Shown here piece by piece: positions 1 through 7,510 of a stretch of DNA of 15,890 bases. This DNA is from Bacteriovoracaceae bacterium (GTDB lineage: Bacteria > Bdellovibrionota > Bacteriovoracia > Bacteriovoracales > Bacteriovoracaceae), in the NCBI GenBank assembly GCA_049599895.1, contig JBMYPC010000069.1, positions 1-15,890 on the forward strand. Reading direction: 5' to 3'. Both the position numbers and the translations under genes were made by a program. The notes beneath the pieces are model-generated. The model had not been told where the DNA came from. It worked only from the letters and a program-made list of their open reading frames with translations, and did not search any database. How positions within the stretch are numbered: position 1 is the stretch's first letter; the number at the start of each line of letters is the position of its first letter.

Positions 1-29
1 TGTGGAAACCTAAGTGGGAGATTAAGTCA
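1..29. mobile_element. Probable terminal end (inverted repeat) of an insertion sequence inserted into uvrB; the element continues beyond the window edge
   Basis: UvrB-like coding stops abruptly at position 30. Read inward from the junction the sequence is 5'-TGACTTAATCTCCCACTTAGGTTTCCACA, with a TG terminus as in TG...CA-ended DDE elements (IS3/IS481/IS21/IS30-type). No transposase is visible in the window. Confidence 0.5.
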
Positions 30-83
30 GGTTGGTTGATCACCAGTGGGTTTGAATTTGGATTTTAATTGAAATAAGGCCAT
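30..83 (-). pseudogene. uvrB: 5' fragment of excinuclease ABC subunit B (UvrB), interrupted after 18 codons
   Basis: Manual translation from ATG at 83 gives MALFQLKSKFKPTGDQPT, then TGA at 29-27. FxLxSxFxPxGDQP is the characteristic UvrB N-terminus. The in-frame continuation (LNLPLRFP) does not resemble the expected AIxxL. Confidence 0.8.
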
Positions 84-122
84 AAGCTCTATGATATTAT
101 CACAAAAACTTATAAGGAAGCA

Positions 123-641
123 CTAAAGGTTTGCTTCTTCAGAGTCTGACTCAAAGTATGAGTTAATTTTATCGTCAATACTCTCTTTCTCATGACCTGA
201 TGTTAAAGAGATTTCTCTTGAAAGAAGATCACGACACTGATTAAGCATCTGCTTTTCACCAAAACTTAAGCTTTTCTGTCCCTTAAGGAGAAAAAGTGCT
301 CTTAACACATCGGCAATCTCGAGCAATGAGCCCGTTTTAACCTTGGCCATGTATTCACGATGCCTTCTATTCCATGGGCTATTATCAACTTTTACATCAT
401 GATCATTGAGAAGTTTATAGACTTCATCAATATCATCAGTTTCAACTAATGCTCTAATCCCTGTGGTTGAATTTGTTGGAACCATGACTGTCATGCCATT
501 TGAAACTGTCTTTAGGATATAAAACGAAAGTTCTTCTCCACCAATTTCTCGACTTTCGATATCGCAGACTTGGGCCACGCCATGCCCTGGACAGACTGCG
601 TATTCACCAATTTCAAATTTTTTTAATTCTTCTTGCAACAT
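123..641 (-). CDS. carD: CarD/CdnL-family RNA polymerase-binding transcription factor
   Basis: N-terminal RID-type motif FEIGEYAVCPGHGVAQV, MTVMVP...GIRAL, conserved Trp in WNRRHREYM, and KTGSLLEIADVLRAL/LSFGEK. GGGAG RBS upstream. Confidence 0.93.
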   Translation of the reverse strand: MLQEELKKFEIGEYAVCPGHGVAQVCDIESREIGGEELSFYILKTVSNGMTVMVPTNSTTGIRALVETDDIDEVYKLLNDHDVKVDNSPWNRRHREYMAKVKTGSLLEIADVLRALFLLKGQKSLSFGEKQMLNQCRDLLSREISLTSGHEKESIDDKINSYFESDSEEANL

Positions 642-744
642 CTAGTCTAAGCTCCCTATGAGATCAATGGACATTGCAGTCCACACCTCAATCTACCGCA
701 TTGCATTACCAGCTTCAATCGGATTGTAATTATTACGTGGGGTA

Positions 745-770
745 TTGAAATCTTAACATTGAGATTTCAA
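745..770. promoter_or_regulatory. Inverted repeat TTGAAATCT-N8-AGATTTCAA upstream of carD (operator or hairpin)
   Basis: Perfect 9-bp arms at 745-753 and 762-770, extendable with G-U pairs. A minus-strand TACAAT -10-like hexamer lies at 728-723. Confidence 0.45.
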
Positions 771-799
771 ATACTTAGATAAGACTTTAGGGCTAATTC

Positions 800-1204
800 T
801 TAGTGGTGCTTCTTCCAACACTCGGTAATTCTCTTCAAGAAGTCAGGAGCTTTCCAAGGTTTGATACAGTAATTATCAACTCCAGCTTCAATCGCTTGAA
901 GAACTTTAGCGGCTTCGTTTTCTGTGGTTAAAAGCATAAAGGGAATCCCTTTAAAGCTATCAAACTTTTTAACCCATTTCAGAAGCTCAATTCCATTACC
1001 ACCAGGCATGTTCCAGTCACAAATAATAAATTCGATTGGCTCCCCAGCTTCACTTTGCTTCATAAGCACATCTTTAGCTTCAGCAACTGTATCCGAATCA
1101 AAATATTGTCCGTCTAATGCCAACTCGTCTAATGTCGACTTGACTGCTTGTCGAATTGTTTCAAAGTCATCAACGATTAAAAATCTCTTTCCTATAGGTA
1201 TCAT
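800..1204 (-). CDS. Stand-alone CheY-like response regulator receiver protein
   Basis: FLIVDD acidic pocket, ICDWNMP phospho-acceptor Asp, LLTTE switch Thr and YCIKPW Lys-Pro; no output domain. Confidence 0.92.
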   Translation of the reverse strand: MIPIGKRFLIVDDFETIRQAVKSTLDELALDGQYFDSDTVAEAKDVLMKQSEAGEPIEFIICDWNMPGGNGIELLKWVKKFDSFKGIPFMLLTTENEAAKVLQAIEAGVDNYCIKPWKAPDFLKRITECWKKHH

Positions 1205-1216
1205 AACCTTGCACCT

Positions 1217-2128
1217 TTATGAGTTAAGCTTATACGATTTTGCATTATACTTTAACCAAGTTGATTGAATTTTCGCATTTAAATCTTCAGGAGTCCAGGG
1301 TTTCGCGAGGTATTCAGTAGCCCCACTTTCTATGGCCTTTAAGATTTGTTTCGGTTCAGAGTTCGCTGTAATCATAATAAAAGGGATATTACTAAAACGC
1401 CTCTGCCCTTTAAGGTATTCTAAAAACTCTATTCCAGACTCATCTGGCATATTCCAATCACTTAAAATAATACTGACTGATTTTTTTGAAAGATGTTCCT
1501 TGGCTTCTGATACTGATGAAGCCGTAATCAAGTCTCCGGTAAAACCAGAAGCTTTAAGGACTTTAACAACTTCTTTCAGAGCTGCAATGCTGTCATCAAC
1601 AATGAGAAAGCTCAAAGTCTTTGGCATCTTCGACTCTGTCTTAATTCCAATTGAAGGTTGTGTTTGTAACTTTCTGGCCTTCGTGGTTGTCTTTGAAGCA
1701 ATATCCTCAGAGCCATTGATATAATGCCTTTCATAGGCATTTTGAAACTTCTCAACGAAATCTTGAACATCAATGGGCTTAGTAGAATATCCACTCGCAC
1801 CTTCTTCAATGGCCTCAAGCATTCTTGAAACGTCGTCTTCTGTTGTGACCATCAAAACCGGAGTGTCTTTAAATTTATCAATCTTTCTTATGGTCTTTAG
1901 AAAGTTAAGACCAATTCCATCTGGCAAGTTCCAATCAAGAACAAAGAAGCCGATATTTTCTTTATTAATAATATCTTCTCCGCCTTTGATCGTTTCTGCT
2001 TCATAAACGTTTAGAAAACCAAGGGCGTGAATTATTTTTCGTTCTGTTTTTCGGATTGTCTCAGAATCATCGAGTATAAGGACTTTGAGGTCCTTATTCA
2101 TCTTAATTCGAAGTTTGATCTTTACCAT
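1217..2128 (-). CDS. Tandem double receiver-domain (REC-linker-REC) response regulator; alternative start at 2101
   Basis: REC1: LILDD/LDWNLP/MVTTE/STKP. REC2: LIVDD/SDWNMP/MITAN/LAKP. They are joined by a K/T/S-rich linker. Confidence 0.9.
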   Translation of the reverse strand: MVKIKLRIKMNKDLKVLILDDSETIRKTERKIIHALGFLNVYEAETIKGGEDIINKENIGFFVLDWNLPDGIGLNFLKTIRKIDKFKDTPVLMVTTEDDVSRMLEAIEEGASGYSTKPIDVQDFVEKFQNAYERHYINGSEDIASKTTTKARKLQTQPSIGIKTESKMPKTLSFLIVDDSIAALKEVVKVLKASGFTGDLITASSVSEAKEHLSKKSVSIILSDWNMPDESGIEFLEYLKGQRRFSNIPFIMITANSEPKQILKAIESGATEYLAKPWTPEDLNAKIQSTWLKYNAKSYKLNS

Positions 2129-2160
2129 CTAAAGTTTGTTTCCTCTATCTAGAAAGAGAA

Positions 2161-2583
2161 TTAGAAACGATCAACAATCTCATTCTTTTCAAAAAAGTAT
2201 GAGATTTCTCTTTCAGCTGAAGCAGCTGAGTCACTTCCATGAACAGCATTGGCCTCAATTGATTTTGCATAGAGCTTTCTTAGAGTCCCCTCTGCAGCTT
2301 CTTCTGGATTTGTTGCTCCCATGATCTCTCTGTTTCTATCCACAGCATTCTCACCTTCAAGAACCATTAAAAGTACTGGCCCTGAAGTCATAAAAGTCAC
2401 AAGTGAACCAAAGAATGGCCTTTCTTTATGTTCGATATAGAAACCTTCTGCTTTTTCTTTTGTAAGCTTAACTAGTTTTGCAGCAGCAATTCTGAGCCCC
2501 TCTTTTTCAAAACAGCCCATGATATTTCCAATGTTATTATCTTCTACTGCGTTTGGTTTAATAATACTAAATGTCTTTTCCAT
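2161..2583 (-). CDS. ndk: Nucleoside diphosphate kinase
   Basis: [34 protein letters not shown] and catalytic [16 protein letters not shown]. Confidence 0.98.
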   Translation of the reverse strand: MEKTFSIIKPNAVEDNNIGNIMGCFEKEGLRIAAAKLVKLTKEKAEGFYIEHKERPFFGSLVTFMTSGPVLLMVLEGENAVDRNREIMGATNPEEAAEGTLRKLYAKSIEANAVHGSDSAASAEREISYFFEKNEIVDRF

Positions 2584-2610
2584 TACTTTCTCCTAAAAAT
2601 TATCTCGCAT

Positions 2611-3483
2611 TTAAGCTTTTAAAACTTCTTCTACTTTTTGTCCTAGCTCGGCAGGAGATCTTGCAATCGTCACTCCACACTCCTCTAGAATTCTAAACTT
2701 CGCTTGCGCTGTATCATCTCCACCTGAAATAATCGCTCCAGCGTGCCCCATTCTCTTACCTGGAGGCGCTGAAGCACCGGCAATAAATGAAACAACAGGT
2801 TTACTCATATTCTTTTGGATCCATCTTGCAGCATCTGTTTCAGCTGAGCCACCAATCTCACCAATCATAATTACGGCTTCTGTATCTGGATCTGCTTCGA
2901 ACAACTTAAGGACATCAATAAAATTTGTCCCGTTAACGGGATCTCCACCAATCCCGACACATGTACTTTGTCCAATTTCTCTTTGAGTTAATTGAAAAAC
3001 AGCTTCATAAGTCAAAGTCCCTGAACGAGAGACAACACCGACTTTACCTGGCATATGAATATGTCCTGGCATAATTCCAATTTTACACTCTCCTGGAGTG
3101 ATAACCCCCGGACAGTTTGGACCAATCAGTCTTGAATCTGATCCCTGAAGAGCAGTTTTCACTCTTACCATATCAACAATAGGAATTCCTTCAGTAATTG
3201 CGATGATAAGTGGGATTCCAGCATCAATACATTCTAAAATTGCATCAGCTGCAAACGGAGGTGGAACAAAGATCATTGCAGCGTTGGCGCCAGTCTTTAA
3301 TACAGCTTCTGAAGTTGTATTAAAAACGGGAAAGCCTTCATGCATTTGCCCACCTTTACCTGGGGTTACACCACCAACAAACTGTGTTCCATAATCCATT
3401 GACTGAAGACTATGAAAAGTTCCTTGTTTTCCTGTGTAACCAATGGTGATGAGCTTTGTGTCTCTATTTACTAAAATGGCCAT
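2611..3483 (-). CDS. sucD: Succinate--CoA ligase subunit alpha
   Basis: [41 protein letters not shown] and the phospho-His motif MGHAGAII. Confidence 0.98.
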   Translation of the reverse strand: MAILVNRDTKLITIGYTGKQGTFHSLQSMDYGTQFVGGVTPGKGGQMHEGFPVFNTTSEAVLKTGANAAMIFVPPPFAADAILECIDAGIPLIIAITEGIPIVDMVRVKTALQGSDSRLIGPNCPGVITPGECKIGIMPGHIHMPGKVGVVSRSGTLTYEAVFQLTQREIGQSTCVGIGGDPVNGTNFIDVLKLFEADPDTEAVIMIGEIGGSAETDAARWIQKNMSKPVVSFIAGASAPPGKRMGHAGAIISGGDDTAQAKFRILEECGVTIARSPAELGQKVEEVLKA

Positions 3484-3531
3484 ATTGTATTCTCCTAACT
3501 TGGACTTCTTTTTTAATTTGCATTTTCAAAC

Positions 3532-4698
3532 TTAAGCTTTAGTACACTCAACGACTTTCTTTGCAGCATCTGCAAGATCTTCAGCTGCAATGATTTCAAG
3601 ATCTGAATCGTTGAGAATTTTCTTTCCTAAAGCAACATTTGTCCCTTCAAGTCTCACAACAAGTGGAACTGAAATACCAAGAGACTTCGCTGCGGCGATA
3701 ACACCTTCAGCGATAATGTCACATTTCATAATCCCACCAAAGATATTCACTAAGATTGCTTTGACATTGTCATCGGAAAGAATAATTGAAAAAGCTTTCT
3801 CAACAGCTTCTTTTGTCGCAGAACCACCGACATCTAAAAAGTTCGCTGGCTCTCCCCCATAAAGCTTAATAATGTCCATAGTTCCCATCGCAAGACCGGC
3901 ACCATTAACAAGGCAACCAATGTTTCCATCAAGACTGATATAAGAAAGTCCATATTCGCTGGCTTCAAGTTCTTTTTCAGACTCTTCATTAGGGTCTCTC
4001 AAAGCTTCAATTTCAGGATGTCTAAAAAGTCCGTTATCATCAAAATTTAATTTCGCGTCTAACGCTAAAACATCACCAGCCTTTGTTAAAACCAGAGGGT
4101 TAATCTCTGCAATTGTACAATCAGACTGAACGTAGAGTTCATAAAGACCTTTAAAAAATGCTGAAGCTTTTTTTACGAGATCTTTGTCTTTAATACCAAT
4201 TCCATAAGCAAGCTTTCTTCCAATAAAGGGAGTAAACCCTGTGGCTGGATCAATTGCGACTTTGATAATTTTCTCAGGTGTCTCGGCTGCGACTTTTTCA
4301 ATTTCAACCCCACCTTCACTTGAAGCCATTAAGGTAATCTTTCCAGTCCCTCTATCGAGAACAACACCAACATAATATTCGTGTTCAATCTCACAACCTT
4401 CCTCAACAAGAAGAGTCTTTACTTCTTTACCCTCAGGACCTGTTTGATGAGTCACTAAAGTTTTTCCCAAGATATCTGCTGCATGGGCCTTCACTTCATC
4501 AAGAGACTTAGCGAGTTTTACACCACCAGCTTTTCCTCTTCCCCCTGCATGAATTTGAGCTTTGACAACCCAAACAGAACCACCTAATTCTTCAGCACCT
4601 TTCACTGCTTCATCAACTGATTTTGCTACTTTTCCGTTTAAAACAGGAATCCCAAATTTACGAAAAAGATCTTTTGCCTGATACTCGTGGACATTCAT
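3532..4698 (-). CDS. sucC: Succinate--CoA ligase subunit beta
   Basis: [53 protein letters not shown] and VVRLEGTN. Confidence 0.98.
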   Translation of the reverse strand: MNVHEYQAKDLFRKFGIPVLNGKVAKSVDEAVKGAEELGGSVWVVKAQIHAGGRGKAGGVKLAKSLDEVKAHAADILGKTLVTHQTGPEGKEVKTLLVEEGCEIEHEYYVGVVLDRGTGKITLMASSEGGVEIEKVAAETPEKIIKVAIDPATGFTPFIGRKLAYGIGIKDKDLVKKASAFFKGLYELYVQSDCTIAEINPLVLTKAGDVLALDAKLNFDDNGLFRHPEIEALRDPNEESEKELEASEYGLSYISLDGNIGCLVNGAGLAMGTMDIIKLYGGEPANFLDVGGSATKEAVEKAFSIILSDDNVKAILVNIFGGIMKCDIIAEGVIAAAKSLGISVPLVVRLEGTNVALGKKILNDSDLEIIAAEDLADAAKKVVECTKA

Positions 4699-4864
4699 TC
4701 CTTAACTCTCCTAATTAGATGGATAAGATAGTAACCTTAATAAAAAAATATTTATTCATCATACAACAATTCATCTAAATGAGCAGAGAAAACCTCTTCC
4801 TTACCCTTTTAGAAAAACTGAGAGAAACACAATCTTTTCATTAACTTGCCCCATATTAAAGAGC

Positions 4865-4945
4865 CTACAGACATTATTCTAGGAACAACGCTTCATTTAA
4901 TTTTTAAACTTTTGATGCTTTAATCATTAGGGACTACAGACATTA
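4865..4945. repeat. 12-bp exact direct repeat CTACAGACATTA (4865-4876 and 4934-4945) in the divergent sucC / MBL-hydrolase intergenic region
   Basis: Two identical copies 69 bp apart, read directly from the sequence. Confidence 0.75.
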
Positions 4946-4965
4946 AGCGTTAAAAGGAATCTCCG

Positions 4966-5838
4966 ATGGTTAAATCATATCTCTTACAGCCTGCCTACTT
5001 CCGTCTCGACGGTGGGGCTATGTATGGAATCATCCCTAAACCCCTATGGAATAAGAAGCATCCGAGTGATGAACTCAACAGAATTGATCTTGCCCTGAGA
5101 CTATGGGTGATCAAAACAAAAGACCGAGTAATTTGCATTGATACAGGTATCGGAGACTATCACTCAGAGAAATTTATTCATCAATTTGACATACGTGGCC
5201 CAAGTGATCCTTTGACCCATGCATTATCTGAAATCAATTTAAAAAAAGAAGACATCACTGATTTGGTCCTCTCCCACCTTCATTTTGACCACGTAGGGGG
5301 ACTTACAGAAATAAAAAATGAAAAGCCAATCTGCGCTTTTCCAAATGCGACAATCCATCTGCATAAAGACCATTACGATTATTCATTAAAGGCCTCTCTC
5401 AAAGATTCTGGAAGCTTTCATAAAGAAAACTATCAACCGATTATTGAAAGCTTTAAACAAAACCAAAAACTGGCGTGGCTTCAAGGAGACCAAGGAATCA
5501 TTTTAGAGGATAATGATTATAAGCTCCAATTTAGAATTTCTCATGGGCATACCCCATTTCTTGTTCATCCCTATGATGAATTTTTTATTTATTTAGCGGA
5601 CATTATTCCAACATCACACCATATTCACATTCCGTGGATCATGGCCTACGACATTGAGCCCACCAAGACTGCAAAGTACAAACAAGATATTCTCGATTTT
5701 GTCATTGAAAAAGATCTAACGGTTATCTTTGAACATGACCCAGACTATTGGGGTTCCAAAGTGATGAAAAACGAAAAGAACAAATACATAGCGAAAGCTC
5801 CGTTCGATGCTGACCGCTTCTCCGTCATAAAAATCTAA
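4966..5838 (+). CDS. Metallo-beta-lactamase-fold hydrolase, YtnP-like
   Basis: FRLDGGAMYGIIPKPLW family signature, IDTGIG, HLHFDH (HxHxDH), HGHT, LADIIP and FEHDP; AAGGA RBS. Confidence 0.9.
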   Translation: MVKSYLLQPAYFRLDGGAMYGIIPKPLWNKKHPSDELNRIDLALRLWVIKTKDRVICIDTGIGDYHSEKFIHQFDIRGPSDPLTHALSEINLKKEDITDLVLSHLHFDHVGGLTEIKNEKPICAFPNATIHLHKDHYDYSLKASLKDSGSFHKENYQPIIESFKQNQKLAWLQGDQGIILEDNDYKLQFRISHGHTPFLVHPYDEFFIYLADIIPTSHHIHIPWIMAYDIEPTKTAKYKQDILDFVIEKDLTVIFEHDPDYWGSKVMKNEKNKYIAKAPFDADRFSVIKI

Positions 5839-7448
5839 ATCTTTGAGATTTCTTTTTGTAGTTCGGAAATACGATTTTTAATTTTTTCTTGAAGAGGCTT
5901 AAGTCGGTCAACAGCCGATTCTCTTAACTGATTTTTAAGCTTACGATTCACTCTTTTATAGCGCTTAAAAAGAGAGTTCAGGGCCACGACATTATTTCCA
6001 AACGACTTTTGCATCGAAGTAAGTTCTGATAGCCGTCTCTTTTGATCTTTGGTCTTAAGAAATGAGTCATCTAATAGAAAAGTTTGGGTATCAATAGACA
6101 ATGTCTGAAAGACCGGAGCAATTGAGCGGGCATAATCTCTGTTAAATTGTTTGCTAGCAGAGGTTAGACTTTTTGCATCTAATGACTTGGAAAAAAGATT
6201 ATAAACTTCAGTAGTAAGAGTCTGAAAAGTTCTCCATTTCTGCATTTCTATAATTAATGGCCTACTGGCCTCTAGGCGCAAGGACTCTTTGAATTCATGA
6301 AGTTTCGTATTGAACTCATCTCCAGATTTTTTCATATACCTGAGAGTTGTTTTAATCTTGTGTTCAAATTTAAACTTATTAAAGGGAGGAGATTCCTTTA
6401 AAGGAGTGTTTTCATTAATCCATCGATAAAACCCTACTCTGGGCCCTTCAAGAACAAGTCTTCCTTCAACCTCGTATTCGCCATCAACTAGTAGATCACC
6501 TCTTGTGAGCTCTAGGTTTGAAATTTTCCCAACATTATTTTTAAGACGACCTCGCCCCTTTGCTGCAATTTCTTGTTTTGAAAGGACACGCCCGGTAATT
6601 GACTTTAAAGTGATCTCCAAAGAGCCGGGTTCATCGACGTTTGTCGAAAACCAAAGACTTCTCAGACCTTTATCAGGAGCAATTGCAAAACGAAAACTTT
6701 TCTTATTACCAAGTAACGCCACCTTTAGAGTTCGAGCATCAGATTGCTTTAAATGAGTAAGAGGTGGAATTTTCTTCTGCTTAAAAGCAAACTGTGTCAC
6801 TCCAAATGCTGCTAAAGCAATAAAGAAGAAAATGACGGCAAATTTGCGGATTGTATAAGAAAGGCTCTTTGGGCGCTCTATGAATTCATCAAGCTCATCT
6901 TGGGCTTGATCTTCAATTTCTTGAGATTCTTCTGAGAGTTCGCTCTGAGCGAGCTCAGCTTCAGTATTGTTATCAATCACCTCAGAGGACTCTAAATTTT
7001 GATCATCTACTATCCACAGATCATCCTCATCATTCTCTCGGTTTTGATTTAAAACCTGAGTTTGTTGAACTAAATCCATACTAGGACTACTGCTAGTTTG
7101 AACCTCGTTAAGCTTTGACTCCACTGATCGAAATTTCTCTTCAATATCATGGTACTGATCTTCAGAAGAAGAGCTCTCTTGCTCAGGCAAGCGAGGAAAG
7201 TCTGAAACATCTTTATCAGTGTTCTCAGGCAAAGGAGGTAAATCAGTTGGAGTGGCCACATCATCAGGTAAGACACTTACACTCAATTCAGGATGAGCAA
7301 TAAGTGGTTGCCAAGAATCATCTCCCTCTCGACAGACAGGAGTTCCTGTAGAAATTTCTCCTCTATCAAACTTCTCTTTAATTTGATCGGAGCTAAATGG
7401 GCCAGTGTGATGGTTCTCTTTAAAGAGAAACCAAATCTTTTGTTTCAT
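5835..7448 (-). CDS. GYF_2 (DUF4339)-domain single-pass membrane protein with acidic cytoplasmic linker and basic periplasmic domain
   Basis: WFLF...GPFS...VCREGDDSWQPL matches the GYF_2 pattern, followed by a D/E/P-rich linker and TM segment FAVIFFFIALAAFGV. Start moved to ATG 7448 because the ORF-track start at 7526 overlaps hutG and the domain begins at MKQKIW. Confidence 0.75.
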   Translation of the reverse strand: MKQKIWFLFKENHHTGPFSSDQIKEKFDRGEISTGTPVCREGDDSWQPLIAHPELSVSVLPDDVATPTDLPPLPENTDKDVSDFPRLPEQESSSSEDQYHDIEEKFRSVESKLNEVQTSSSPSMDLVQQTQVLNQNRENDEDDLWIVDDQNLESSEVIDNNTEAELAQSELSEESQEIEDQAQDELDEFIERPKSLSYTIRKFAVIFFFIALAAFGVTQFAFKQKKIPPLTHLKQSDARTLKVALLGNKKSFRFAIAPDKGLRSLWFSTNVDEPGSLEITLKSITGRVLSKQEIAAKGRGRLKNNVGKISNLELTRGDLLVDGEYEVEGRLVLEGPRVGFYRWINENTPLKESPPFNKFKFEHKIKTTLRYMKKSGDEFNTKLHEFKESLRLEASRPLIIEMQKWRTFQTLTTEVYNLFSKSLDAKSLTSASKQFNRDYARSIAPVFQTLSIDTQTFLLDDSFLKTKDQKRRLSELTSMQKSFGNNVVALNSLFKRYKRVNRKLKNQLRESAVDRLKPLQEKIKNRISELQKEISKI

Positions 7449-7474
7449 TACCTTATATATTATATCTTTTAGCA

Positions 7475-7510
7475 TTGCTTGACAAAAACAAGCAGTGCTA
7501 GACTCTGGCC
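7475..7510 (+). promoter_or_regulatory. Putative sigma70 promoter giving a leaderless hutG mRNA
   Basis: TTGCTT (7475-7480), 18 bp spacer ending in TG-C, TAGACT (7499-7504), then 6 nt and ATG at 7511; no Shine-Dalgarno. Confidence 0.5.

Noticed and set aside
1..29. TGA read-through (recoding) of uvrB, or a CRISPR repeat
   Set aside because: The in-frame sequence after TGA (LNLPLRFP) is not UvrB-like and TGA serves as a normal stop elsewhere (e.g. sdhB). Only one copy of the 29-mer is present, so no array can be supported.
924..2006. Plus-strand ORFs 924-1268, 1332-1724 and 1773-2006 with similar-looking peptides, and nucleotide similarity near 1006, 1446 and 1923
   Set aside because: Antisense shadows of the three receiver domains; the similarity comes from the conserved DWNxP coding motif.
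3203..3862. Plus-strand ORFs inside sucD and sucC
   Set aside because: Antisense to highly conserved genes, with no independent protein features.
5835..5838. 4-bp overlap of convergent stop codons (also at 13744-13747)
   Set aside because: Common in compact genomes; no further signal seen.
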